Shown here in pieces: positions 12,695-24,716 of a stretch of 64,000 bases of DNA. Both the position numbers and the translations under genes were made by a program. Each line of letters begins with the position of its first letter. Within the stretch, counting starts at the first letter, position 1. A model generated the notes under the pieces. That model was not told the DNA's origin and searched no databases. It saw only the letters and a program-made list of their open reading frames with translations. Origin of the DNA: Octopus vulgaris (Eukaryota); the NCBI GenBank assembly GCA_951406725.2, contig OX597817.1, positions 32,798,001 through 32,862,000 on the forward strand, given 5' to 3'.

Positions 12695-13509
12695 CCCTAG
12701 TCACATGGATCCAAGCACACACACACACTCCTCTCTCTCTCTCTCTCACAAACATTCCCCTTGCACCATTTTTGAATTAAAATCCAATTTTATTTGGTTA
12801 TTCCTGTGCTTTGCTTTGCTATGAAACATGGCAGATAAGGTGTCGATAGCTTGTCTAGGTTCTGAATTTATCAAAGTGGAATTTGTAATTAGGAAGAGTA
12901 GGAGTATGGCAGGAAGTAAAAGTAGGAGTGGGGCAATCATTTGGGTGACATGGAAGAGCAGCTAAAATCAAGTATTATTTGCTAGTTCACTTCAGGATTA
13001 ATAATTTCACATTTGTTATGCTTCATTCATTTATTAATTGTATTTTCATTTCATTATCATGGCTATATTTCTTTTTACATTTCCCTTTTCAGTAAATTTT
13101 GTTGATATTTTATGAATGATTTTTATGGTATTATAAATGCTAATATTTATTTGGCCATCACCACCACAAATGTTATTACTTGCTAATGATGTTATGTGTG
13201 ATGTTTTTATAAAGTATCATTTGTAGCTTAATCATGCCTAGTGATGCTGTCATCTTCACAATTTAAATTATACATCAAGACAGTTTGTCTAAATTTCGAG
13301 ACAGTCTGTCTAATTTTCATAATTCAAATGAATATTTTCATGCTGACTGCATTTTGCTTAGTGTTTTTGCTTTCTTCGTATATGGGCGGCAGAGAGTTAA
13401 CTAGGAATCTTCTGTAATTATTTCGAAAGTAACTGAAAAGATGACGAGCAAATCTATACAGTGATCTTTTAGGAATTTTGTAGAAAATGTTTATATCTAA
13501 TCTGTGTAT

Positions 13510-13925
13510 TACTCTTTACTCTTTTACTCTTTTACTTGTTTCAGTCATTTGACTGCGGCCATGCTGGAGCACCGCCTTTAGTCGAGCAAATCGACCCCGG
13601 GACTTATTCTTTGTAAGCCCAGTACTTATTCTATCGGTCTCTTTTGTCGAACCGCTAAGTGACGGGGACGTAAACACACCAGCATCGGTTGTCAAGCAAT
13701 GCTAGGGAGACAAACACAGACACACAAACACACATACATACATATATATACATATATATAGGACAGGCTTCTTTCAGTTTCTGTCTACCAAATCCACTCA
13801 CAAGGCATTGGTCGGCCCGGGGCTATAGCAGAAGACACTTGCCCAAGATGCCACGCAGTGGGATTGAACCCGGAACCATGTGGTTGGTTAGCAAGCTACT
13901 TAACACACAGCCACTCCTGCGCCTA
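13510..13925 (-). mobile_element. SINE family A, young subfamily, full length
   Basis: Reverse complement of the 11507-11903 type, with a (TACTCTTT)n tail. Confidence 0.92.
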
Positions 13926-13954
13926 CACGTATGTGTATGTGTATATGTTTGCAT

Positions 13955-13990
<36 letters not shown>

Positions 13991-14528
13991 AATGCATTGG
14001 AGATTTGGGTCTTTGAGAAAGATTTCAACTGTAATATATTCAAAGAAGAAAGAATTAATAAATATGTGTAATTGCCTATTCGTTGTTGAGTAGTTAATTA
14101 TCAAACTATAAAGCACCTGCTTCAATAATTCATATTAACACTAGTTGAACCACCTACTTCATGCTTTTATGAACAAAGAAAATGAAATATGAAGTTTCTA
14201 AATAGTAAGAAAGATGAAATGGGTCCATTGATGGAAATTAAAGCTGAAAGTGGAAACACTGAAACTTAATAGAAATTAGTATCACATTTTAGCAGCATCA
14301 GTACTTCAAGAGTTTTGGTAATTGCTGTAAATACTCAAGTAAAGATATTTTTCTTGAATGTCTTTGAAATGTCATAGTTCCATTTTTTTTTTTTGATATT
14401 TTGCATTATAAACCTTTACAATCTGCTCTGAGGAATCTTTCTGAAAATTTCTTAAATGATAGTTTTGCTAATACTTTTTTCTTTCTCTCTAAAAATTACT
14501 ATAATTTAAAAAGTACTAAAGATCTTAT

Positions 14529-14538
14529 AATCATCACT

Positions 14539-14599
<61 letters not shown>

Positions 14600-14706
14600 C
14601 CACCACCACCACCACCACCACCACTATCGTTGTTGTCGTCGTCATCATCATCATCATCATCATCACTATCATCATCGTCGTCATCACTATCACCATCATC
14701 ATCATC
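14529..14706. repeat. Compound trinucleotide microsatellite (ATC/ACC/GTC)n
   Basis: Directly visible; explains the poly-I/M/D/S ORFs. Confidence 0.95.
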
Positions 14707-14966
14707 TTTCAAAATTAGTCTGTGTTGTGTTGTATGTCTCCATCATATGGCATTTATCCCTGCCGTGTTAGTTTATGTTGTATTAGTCGATGGCACTATA
14801 ATGTTCACATATAGTTGTTCTTAGTGTTGCTGCTGTTGGTAAATGCAATAGCCTTAGCCAGCTTTGCTCCAGCAGACTTTCAGTAGATATGTAGTTGATC
14901 AGAGGAAACATTTGACTAACCTAACTATAGTCATCTAAAGATACTACGTATGCTATTCTAAGATTT

Positions 14967-15227
14967 GTGGAGGCACATGGCCTAGTGGTTAGAGCAGCGG
15001 ACTTGCGGGTTCGAATCTCAGACCAAGCGATGTGTGTTTATGAGCGAAACACCTAAGCTCCACGTGGCTCCGGCAGAAGGTAATGGCAAACTTTTGCTGA
15101 CTCTTTCGCCACAACTTTCTCTCAATCTTTCCTCCTGCATCTTGCAGCTCACCTGCGACGGACCAGCATCCCATCCAGGTGGGGAACCTATATGCCAAGG
15201 AAACTCGACCTTGAGAAGGAACAAACA
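14967..15227 (+). mobile_element. SINE family C (tRNA head), 13-bp TSD
   Basis: A box tggcctagtgg and B box ggttcgaatc; TATTCTAAGATTT at 14954-14966 and 15228-15240. Confidence 0.92.
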
Positions 15228-15284
15228 TATTCTAAGATTTAGATAGTAAAAGAAATGTAACCTTCATTCAACATATCAGGTACA

Positions 15285-15534
15285 TTGGCTATATGGTTAA
15301 GAACTTGCTTCCCAACCATGTGGTCTTGTGTGTGTGTGTGTGTGTGTGTCCAACATCGCTTGACAACCGATGCTGGTGTGTTTAGGTCCCCATAACTTAG
15401 CGGTTCAGCAAACCAGGGACCAATAGAATAAGTACTAGGCTTACAAAGAATAAGTCCTGGGATCAATTTGCTTGACTAAAGGCGGTGCTCCAGCATGGTT
15501 ACAGTCAAATGACTGAAACAAGTAAAAGAATAAA
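15285..15534 (+). mobile_element. SINE A: short head joined via (TG)n to the 3' half
   Basis: ggctatatggttaagaacttgcttcccaacc, then (TG)n, then caacatcgcttgacaacc..gaaacaagtaaaag. Confidence 0.8.
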
Positions 15535-16252
15535 GCGGATACTATAGGGGTTGTAATTTTTCTTAGAAACCAGGTACAAATGCTTATGTTTTCAAAATAT
15601 TTTAAAAAATATCTTTGTTGGGGTTAGAATATGAATGGGATATTGTGTATGACTGATGAGGCACCAAGATCCAATATAATTTCATTATATAATTTAAATT
15701 TTTTAGAAATTCCCATAAAAATTCAACATAGTGGGGGAACTAATTCCTGTAAGAGGCAGGTACATGCTGGATGGGATAGTACAAGAAAATATGGATAATA
15801 ATAATAGTAATATTAAAGCCACTGATTAAAAATTCTTCTCCCCTTCTTTTTTTTTTTTTCAAATCATGTGAAAAGATGTTTATTTCTAAAACACAGTTCA
15901 GTGAAAAGAGAACTAAGCTATACAAGTATGAAAGGTAGAGAAATACTGGTTGGGTTAAATGTGATAAAATTGTAAATGTTGGTGTAAGCTTAAGCAGATA
16001 AAAATCTTTGTATCAGACAGAGGTTAAAAAGTTTAGCATCTGAATTATGTAAGGAAAGTACATAAAAAGATAGTCAGAAGTCACTGACCTTTTTTGATAC
16101 TTATAAATCACTCAAAGTTGAGTTGAATTCTTCTTTAAGAGTCTATCTGTATTATTTGTAAAATAATATACTAAACTTGTCAAAGTCTGTTGATGATATA
16201 TCATTGTCTAACATTATAAATTCCAAAAGTATTTGAAAAATTTTTGTGCATC

Positions 16253-16644
16253 TTTCTCTTTTACTCTTCTACTTGTTTCAGTCATTTGACTATGGCCATG
16301 CTGGAGCACCGCATTTAGTTGAGCAAATCGACCCCGGGACTTATTCTTTGTAAGCCTAGTACTTATTCTATCGGTCTCTTTTGCCGAACCACTAAGTTAT
16401 GGGGACATAAACACACCAGCATCGGTTGTCAAGCGATGCTGGGCGGACAAACACAGACACTAACATATACACACACATGTATATATACATATATACGATG
16501 GGCTTCTTTCAGTTTCCATCTACCAAATCCACTCACAAGGCTTTGGTCGACCCGAGGCTATAGTAGAAGACACTTGCTCAAGGTGCCACGCCGTGGGACT
16601 GAACCCAGAACCATGTGGTTGGTAAACAAGCTACTTACCACACA
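16253..16644 (-). mobile_element. SINE family A
   Basis: Family A pattern on the minus strand. An older copy follows at about 16785-17150 (-). Confidence 0.9.
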
Positions 16645-17772
16645 ACTAAAGATTTTTTTTTCTTCAAAGTATAAAATTATAATAACTATCATGAAAAAAA
16701 AAAAATCAGATCTTGTAGCTAAGTTGATATTCTCCTACTGAGGACTTCCCTTTTATGATAGTTATTTATATTTATTTTATTATTTTACTTATTTCGTGTG
16801 GCCATGTTTAGGTACTGTTTTGAAATGTTTAGTTGGTGAAATTGATTCCTGTATTTATATATCTTTATGTCTAGTACCTTTTCTGCTAGTCTCTTTTTCG
16901 GTGAACCTCTAATTATGAGAATGTAAACAAACCAACAACAGTTGTCAAGCAGTGGGGGACAAGCATAAATACACACACACACACACACTTAATGGGCATT
17001 ATTACTGTCTACTTAATTCATTCACAAGGCATTGATTGGCCTGGGGCTATAGTGGAAGACACCTACCCAAGGTGCTGCAGAGTGGTACTGAACCAGAAAC
17101 CACATGGTTGTGAAGCAAATTTCTTGCTACTGTGGCTATATCTTCACCTGTTAAATGCAAAAATTTTCCTGAAAGGAGTGGTGGTGGTGCGAGGGAGAAA
17201 GGTTGAAACAGTCAACTGCAATTCTCCAACTCTTCTACTCTCTAGTGTTCCATGTAACAGTTTAACTAACGTCAATATAAATTTTAACCAAAAAGAAAAA
17301 AAGTGGTAAGTGTTTAAAATGATAAATGCTGGGTACTTGTGAAGACAGTAAATTTGAATGAATTCTTCTAAATAATCCAAGAATAAAATTTATTTGTGTG
17401 AATGATGAATAGATCAATCAATTTACACTGCTGGACATCATCAGGAAAAGCACTTTAATATCTTGAAATATAGAAACTGAAAGCTCTGTCACTACTTTCT
17501 GAAGTTCAAAATAGGAAGTTTTGATCTGTGTAAAGGGTTACTAAACGTTTTGTATGAATGAGATTAGGTTAGCAATTGGGAAACATTTATATGGCATTAA
17601 TAGCATTCTGAATAATATTTCTTAATCAATATTAATGTTGTGAAATTTTTTTATAACAGCCCTTGACACTTACATAATTGAGTAGATTGAAATATGAACA
17701 AGTGCACCATTCTGAACATGTTGCTTATTGATTTCTTTTTATTTACCAATGCCAATAAAGAAACAAAGAATT

Positions 17773-17817
<45 letters not shown>

Positions 17818-18061
17818 CAGCTTGAAGGTAATCAAGTGATGAATACAGATATCACAATGAGTTAAAGACAAGAATCTAAACATGCTTATTATTTTCATGA
17901 GACAAAAATAGCAATTGCTGCAAATATTATAGAAATGCTTATTGAAATATTCAGCAGAATTTTTGTACTCTATGTCCTTAAGAAACAAAGTAGATTTGAT
18001 GATATTATGAATTTAAGCTGGAAATAGAACTTCACATTGGTTTTGGTTATATCTGAAGAAT

Positions 18062-18137
<76 letters not shown>

Positions 18138-18992
18138 CATACATACATACAATTTTACTATGTAACTGATGCATTCAGTCTCTGTTTTGAAAATGATTTC
18201 AGATCTGAGGGTATTAGGTTTTAAATTATTTTTAGTTTTCGTACTGTGTATGAATAAGATTGTTTCAAATGTCAAAGTAATTATGAAAGAGAGGAAAATT
18301 CAAATTGCTATTGTTGTTTTATAAGTAAAAGCTTCACTAGGTAAAGATGCTATTAATTTTGATATATGTTACCATAAAGATTTCTTCAAATGCCTGAATA
18401 ATTTTATTGTTAGCAGCTGTTTTCCTTCACCTGACACTGATTTGAAGAGTATTTTTGGCTTCTGGAATAGTTATATTTGTAAATGTTTCACATTAATTCC
18501 ATTATCAGTTTTATAATTGGAAATATCAGTGGAACACCATGTTTTCTAAATGTTATTAATGAGAGTTAGAGGGGTTTATTTTATTTCAATAAAGCCTGCA
18601 TGATATTACTTTACTTGAATCATAGAAACCACATGCCTTTTACAGCGGTTAGTAAATAACTTTGGTTCATTGATAAAAGGCAGAATTCACAGTGGTTCTG
18701 TGATAGTTTTATCTATGATTGGAAACTAGCTATTTATATTAGTTTTAGTTGTTTTCTGTGTAAATATAGTTACAAAAATATACAAAAATATAAAGCATAT
18801 CATGTTTTTAGATATTGTAGAAGAGTTCTTGTTATTTGTGTTCTAAGATCTGACAATATTCAAAATTAAACTAGTTTAATAAATCTTCTCATAGACTTAC
18901 AGAGAATGGAGAAAGATATATTTCACCAAAGTGATACAGCTATGCCTCCAAATTAGAATATCATAACTATGGATCCTGGCATGGTTGTATGA

Positions 18993-19221
18993 TTAACCCT
19001 TTTGTTACTGTATTTATTTTGAGATGCTCTGTGTTTCTTTCAATTACTTTAAATCTAACAAAGAATTTAGTAAAATAACTTAGTTATCATTCAGCTAGTG
19101 TTAGGAACATAAATTGTGGCTAAGGTTTGGTGGAAGATTTTAATTCAAAACTTATGAAGACAAGACATTTGTACTACAGAGCCAGAGCTGGTTTCAGCCA
19201 GGTTGGTAACAAAAGGGTTAA
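18993..19221. mobile_element. piggyBac-type MITE family E inserted in an old SINE A head
   Basis: TTAA-CCCTTTTGTTAC..GTAACAAAAGGG-TTAA; the flanks rejoin to ggcatggttgtatgaTTAAgaag. Confidence 0.9.
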
Positions 19222-19283
19222 GAAGTATCCTTCGCAAATTTGTGGTTCTGGGTTTGATCCCCTTGTGCATGATCTTAGGCAAA

Positions 19284-19670
19284 GGCATGGCTATGTGGTA
19301 AGAAGTTTACTTTCCAACTACATGGTTCTGGGTTCAGTCCCACTGCATGGCAACTTGGGCAAGAGTTTTCTGCTATATCTTCAGGCCAACCAAAGCTTGT
19401 GAGTGGATTTGGATGACAGAAACTGAAAGAAGCCCATCATATAAATATCTACATGTGTGTGTCTTTGTATCTCTCCCTGACCACTGCTTGACAACTGGTG
19501 TTGTTGCGTTTATGTCCCTGTAACTTAGCAGTTCAGCAAAAGAGATAAAATAAATACCAAGCTTTTAAAAAATAAGTACTAAGGTTGATTCATTCGACTG
19601 AAAATTCTTGAAAGCAGTGCCCCATCATGGCTGCTGTCTGATGACTGAAACAAGTAAAAGATAAAAGATA
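19284..19670 (+). mobile_element. SINE family A, older subfamily
   Basis: Full A layout with a (TAAAAGA)n tail. Confidence 0.85.
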
Positions 19671-20411
19671 GTCTTGATTTACCCAATTACCCTTGTGAGT
19701 GGAATTTCGTATGATAGTAAGGGTTTGGATGTTGTCCGTCTTTGTCTATCTGTCCATTCATTTGTCCATAATTCATTCATTAGTGTGTATGTGTGTGTGT
19801 GTGTATCTGCATGTGTAAGAGTGTATCTATTGTTGAAGCTCATTGGTACCTACCCCACCCCCACCCACAAATAGTCCTTTTTGATATCTGTTCTGTGCCA
19901 TGTTACAGACACTCCCTTGACACTTTCTCCATCATAAATGTTTGCTTCCTTGCAGTCCATTGAGTTTGATGATACGATTTATCGTATCATCTTCTCCATT
20001 AATTGCTTGTTTGATGACTAAATTCCAATCAATCCCTTTCATTTGTCAATTCCTTAATGAGTATACAAATTAAAGAGGAATGTCAATGGAGGATGCAACT
20101 GTGTGGGTCACCAGAGAATCATAACTGCTACTACCTACTCAACACCTGACATATATCCTCGCAAGCATGGAAACTTACAGATATGTCAGTATTCCATTGT
20201 TGCAGTTGTGTGTGTGATACCCCAGCTGCCACAACAGCATTTTCTCCTCTTATATGGACCCTTGAAACACATTACAAGAGATAGGTATGCAATGAAATGT
20301 TATAGTGGTAGTTGTGAAGGAGATAGATCCAGTGGTAGGGTAACTTAACATGAATGGTACCTCCTCTCAGCTACAGGAAGCTGTCAAATATCTAATCTGT
20401 CAGTAACTGCC

Positions 20412-20618
20412 TTAACCCTTTAGCATTTAAACCAGGCATATCTAGCCAGAGTATTCTGCATGTTTTATGTTCAAACTGGCGAGAGCTAGCCCCTGACTTC
20501 TACCTTACAATGACATTCTAAAAATAAAGTCACATCATCAAAATCTTGAAGCTACAAGACAATTTGTGAATAAATAAGCAATACATTTGACAAAATAATT
20601 TGAATGCTAAAGAGTGAA
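20412..20618. mobile_element. piggyBac-type MITE family F
   Basis: TTAA-CCCTTTAGCATT ... AATGCTAAAGAG-TGAA; internal sequence shared with 27879, 50524 and 53281. Confidence 0.8.
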
Positions 20619-21946
20619 AGCTGATCCCCATAGCATGTTTTTCATTCAAGCTGTACTCCTCTAATTGTTGTCTTCTTGGACTCAACAACATGGCACAGAG
20701 GCAGTGCAGATAGATTGCCCAAAACATGGCTAAAAGACCCTGTCTATCTTTCTCCAAGACAGATGTTCTAAGAAGCACAAAGTGTCCATCATCCTGAAAG
20801 TGGTTTTACTGAAGGCTTATTCACCAAACTTAATATTTAAAGGCAAAAAATTTGACAAGTCAGTCAGTCACCAGCTGACACTCGCTGATGCTACATCGAA
20901 GAGGCCAGGGAACAGAAGAAAGAAGACATGCACCCAACACCAGAGCTGAAGATACCTCCGAAAGGGGGGACCCCGCCACGTCAAAACGGTAGAGGAGTAG
21001 GGGCTGAAACCAGACGTGGTTCCTCTTGATGATGTCTTGAGCTAACTGGATCCTATAAAGGAGCTGTTGTGGTAGCAGACCACGAAACACGGTTGTAATT
21101 CCGGTTTTCCTGTACTATTGCTAGATAATCATTGACTAGGATTATAGGTCTTTCTTGACAGGTCTTATTTTTGGTCTTCTGAGTTCCTAGCATCCTTCTT
21201 CACCATGCTAGCTTGGTGGATATGTTAGTTTTGTTGCAGAATACTATGGGTGTATAGGATTGCATATTGCCAGTAACACACAAATTGACTTGACATTTCT
21301 GCTTAGAAATCTAACTTTTTAGTATTTACTGTATTTTACCAATTTTCGTTTTGCTGCAAGCTTAAGTATTTTAATCCAGTTGCTTTAAGGTAGCAATTGA
21401 AAGTATACACTTGTATTTCATTTCATCGTTGAAATACTCTGAGATCAGCTTTACCTTTTATTCTTCTTGGGTTGATTAAATATGGAAGGGAGCTAGCGGA
21501 ATCATTAAAGGGTTGGATAACATACCTGAAGGTATTTCTTTAAACTATTTACTTTCTGAGTTCAGTTCCTCCTGAGGTTAACTTTGCCTTTCATACCTCT
21601 GGGGTAGAAATAGAGTATCAGCTAAGTACTGGGGTTGATATTATTGGCTAAACCCTTCCCCTTACAATTCTGGGTTTGTGTCTCAACCAGAAACAGTCAT
21701 TATTACAATATTTATGGTTATTATTTTGTGGAGTTAGATCAATGTATAAAAAACATAAAGTAAGCTTTGAGAATTTTTTAATCGAGAGTTCATTTTGAAG
21801 TTTGTATCATTAAACATTGTCAGTGTAGGGAATAACAAAATTCTTTTGTAAATCGTGGTAATAACTGGGGTACTCACCGACTGTGATTTAGGAGCTGCTA
21901 TATTGAGTTACTCATTCTAAGTAAAAATCTTTTGATCCTACATATT

Positions 21947-22175
21947 TTAAACCCTTAGCATTCAAATTATTCTGTCAAATGTAATGCTCTTTTATTCACA
22001 TTGTTTTGAATTAATCATGCATTATCTTGTGCCTTCAAGAGTTTAATGATCTTGATGATCTGCTAGTTAACTTTTAGAATGACATTGTAGGGTTGGTGTG
22101 AAATGCTGGATCTGGCTAGTTTGACCATAACGCAGGTAGAGTATTTGGATTGGATGGGGCTGGTTTAAATGTTAA
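21947..22175. mobile_element. MITE family F, right TIR hit by an E insertion
   Basis: ttaaacccttagcattcaaattattctgtcaaatg..gctggtttaaatg|TTAA. Confidence 0.8.
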
Positions 22176-22399
22176 CCCTTTCGTTACTGTATTTATTTTG
22201 AGATGCTCTGTATTTCTTTCAATTACTTTAAATCTAACAAAGCATTTAGTGCAATAACTTAGTTATCATTCAGTTAGTGTTAGGAACATAAATTGTGACT
22301 AAGGTTTGGTGGAAGATTTTAATTCAAAACTTATGAAAACAAGACATTTGTACTCAGAGCCAGAGCCGGTTTCCGCTGGGTTGGTAACGAAAGGGTGAA
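22172..22399. mobile_element. piggyBac-type MITE family E
   Basis: TTAA-CCCTTTCGTTAC..GTAACGAAAGGG-TGAA. Confidence 0.9.
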
Positions 22400-22408
22400 A
22401 GGCACAAC

Positions 22409-22664
22409 AAATATATTTTAAACAATCATTTCTGTTTCTTGCTTTGACAACATATATCCTTTAAGCTATAAAAAGTATTGTAAACCGTCATTTGTTTCCT
22501 GCTATGGCTAAATATATGTACTCTATGTATCTTAAAACTATAGTATAAAAATATTATATACAGTCATTTCTGTTTCCTGCTATGACTACATATACGTGTC
22601 TTACAAACTATTGTATAAAAATATTATGCACAGTTATTTCCATGTTTTGCTTTGACTGAATGCA
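22409..22664. repeat. Degenerate minisatellite, 4 units of about 60-78 bp
   Basis: The core cagtcatttctgtttcctgctatgact recurs four times. Confidence 0.75.
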
Positions 22665-23029
22665 TTTTTTCTTCAGGATTTTTATAGTCAAATACATATA
22701 AGCTTTTAATTTAATTTTGATGTTAGGCTTACTAAATAAACTTACTGATTCTCTAAGACTGGTTTATAATTTAATAAGATGCATATATTTATTTCTTGAG
22801 TCTTTTAAAAGTAATATTTTGTGGTTATGTTGAGTTGAAAATGTAGCCAGCTAAGTAAACAGATGTAAAATTAATTGTAAGTATGTGTAATCTTTAAAGT
22901 AATAAGTATATTAAGTGCAGTATTTGCATTTAGAAAATTCAACAAAAATAACATCTAGATTCATAATTTGATGATATGGGATAACAATTTTAGTTGCCAT
23001 TTATATTTTGGGATGCAAGACTAATTCAT

Positions 23030-23330
23030 TTGACATCCACTTCTCTGTATTTGCATGGATTGGACAGAATTTGTTGAGGTAGATTTTCTATGATCAATTA
23101 CCCTTCCCGTTGCCAACCCTCACCTCTTTCCAAGCAAGATAATATTTCCCCAATATTTGTACATGTTTTTCATGGAAGACTGGAAACAACCTCACTTGTA
23201 TGATGGCAATGTTTACTTATAACCATCACATGATATCTAGAAAAGGGGATACCCACTCACACACTCACACAATGGGCTTCTTTCAGTTTCCATCTACCAA
23301 ATTCACTCAGAAGACTTTGGTCAGTCCAGG
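23030..23330 (-). mobile_element. SINE A-head / D-like-tail hybrid (family H)
   Basis: acatccac..cccttcccgttgccaaccctcacc..aatatttcccc..gggcttctttcagtttccatctacc. Related copies at about 37865-38225, 49700-50064 and 31530-31855. Confidence 0.65.
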
Positions 23331-23359
23331 TCTTATTAGTAACAGAAAACTAGACCACT

Positions 23360-23554
23360 CAATGGTTTTCAACCTTTTTAATATCCGGGCCAAATCCAAA
23401 ACCTGGTTTCTTTTAGGGGTCCAAACCAAAAAAGTAAAACACAAGTCAATTAAAGAAAAATTTGTTATATTTAAAGAAGAGAAAATGTCAGGGTCTGCCA
23501 GAAGGATGCCTGAGAGCTGCATGTGACCCTGGGGTCCACAGTTGAGAACTGCTG
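23360..23554. mobile_element. hAT-type MITE inserted in the H/A element
   Basis: Ends caatggttttcaacc / gttgagaactgctg; the SINE head resumes at about 23560. Confidence 0.6.
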
Positions 23555-23918
23555 CACTAGTCCAAAGTGCCTTGCAGTGGGATTGAATCTGAGCTCACAA
23601 AGCTTCTTAACTGTATAGCCAAACCTTTGCTTATAGAATTTTGGAAAATTCTCTGGACTCTTGGAACAAATATTTATAGCATGTCAGTGCAATTATTATT
23701 TCATTTTAATCTTTTAAATAATGAGCAAGAAAATAAAATAAAACAATAATTCTTTGAGAGAACCAACATGTTTTACAATAATCTACAAAAATTGAGACTA
23801 ATAATTGTGGTGCTTGAAATATTTCAAATAATTGACATTTTTCTATTATCATCTTCTAATTTAAATTTTCTTCATATGTTTTCTTCATAAAACTGTATAT
23901 TCCTTTATTCTTTTGCAG

Positions 23919-24002
23919 TCAGGGGGAATTAAGCACCTGTTGGTACATCTTGTTATCTGGATCAGTTTTTATTGAAGGTTCAATGTTTCTTCCAAGAAGC
24001 AG
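23919..24002 (+). CDS. RAPGEF2: Internal 84-nt coding exon of a RAPGEF2/RAPGEF6 (PDZ-GEF) homologue, N-terminal cNMP-binding-like region
   Basis: Polypyrimidine tract and ttttgcag acceptor (AG 23917-23918); donor AG|gtaaag at 24003. Reads 1 nt + QGELSTCWYILLSGSVFIEGSMFLPRS + 2 nt (phase 2 at both ends). This matches the remembered vertebrate RAPGEF2 peptide DIGTCWYILLSGSVFIKESMFLPRSS. Not in the ORF track. Confidence 0.9.
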
Positions 24003-24670
24003 GTAAAGGATTTATTTCATTTATTTTTTTTACAGCATAACCATTTTCTTTTCTTTCCATTTCTGTTTTTTCTTTGTTGTCTCATGAAGTATAAACTACT
24101 AAATTAAGACTTAGAAATCATGTTACTTCACAAAACAATAACAATTTATGTATAACAATGTTTACTGGTTATAAATTATATTTTATAGAAATTTCTAAGC
24201 ATGCATATCTGGCATAAATTGGAAATGCACAAATGTTTTCTGTGCATGTTAAAACCAAAATAGAAACAAATAGAGAACAGATGTTATTGATAGTGCCAGT
24301 TAAAAAGTATCCAGCTAATATGCACAAGATAACATCTAAGTTTCATATATATAAGTTTGTGCATATGTGTGTGTATGTGTGCTTCTGTGTAGAGGTGCAT
24401 GCGTGCACACACACACGCACATGCACACAGACTGATTCTGACACGTAGACATGAACCTAATGTATATTCATATTTTTTGTGCTCTTTTCTCTTATTTTAT
24501 ATTTATAACTCCTTTCCTCTTCCTAGTCTCTCCTGGACTTTCTTCTTGTATCTGATGAAGGACTGTGTCCAAAATGTTATACTTTTACTCCTACTTTGAG
24601 CACCATCCTAATAATAGTAACTGTGGACATCCATTGGACTTTTATTGGTTTTTTGTTACTTGTATTCATT

Positions 24671-24716
<46 letters not shown>

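Noticed and set aside
14401-14824. Poly-I/M/D/S ORFs
   Set aside because: They arise from an (ATC)n microsatellite that is open in several frames.
14967-15025. tRNA gene
   Set aside because: The A/B boxes belong to the SINE C head; there is no acceptor stem, and it continues into the SINE body with a TSD. The same applies to the A and B heads.
18895-18960. Exon-like segment after ctcatag
   Set aside because: In-frame stop, no donor site, no protein similarity.
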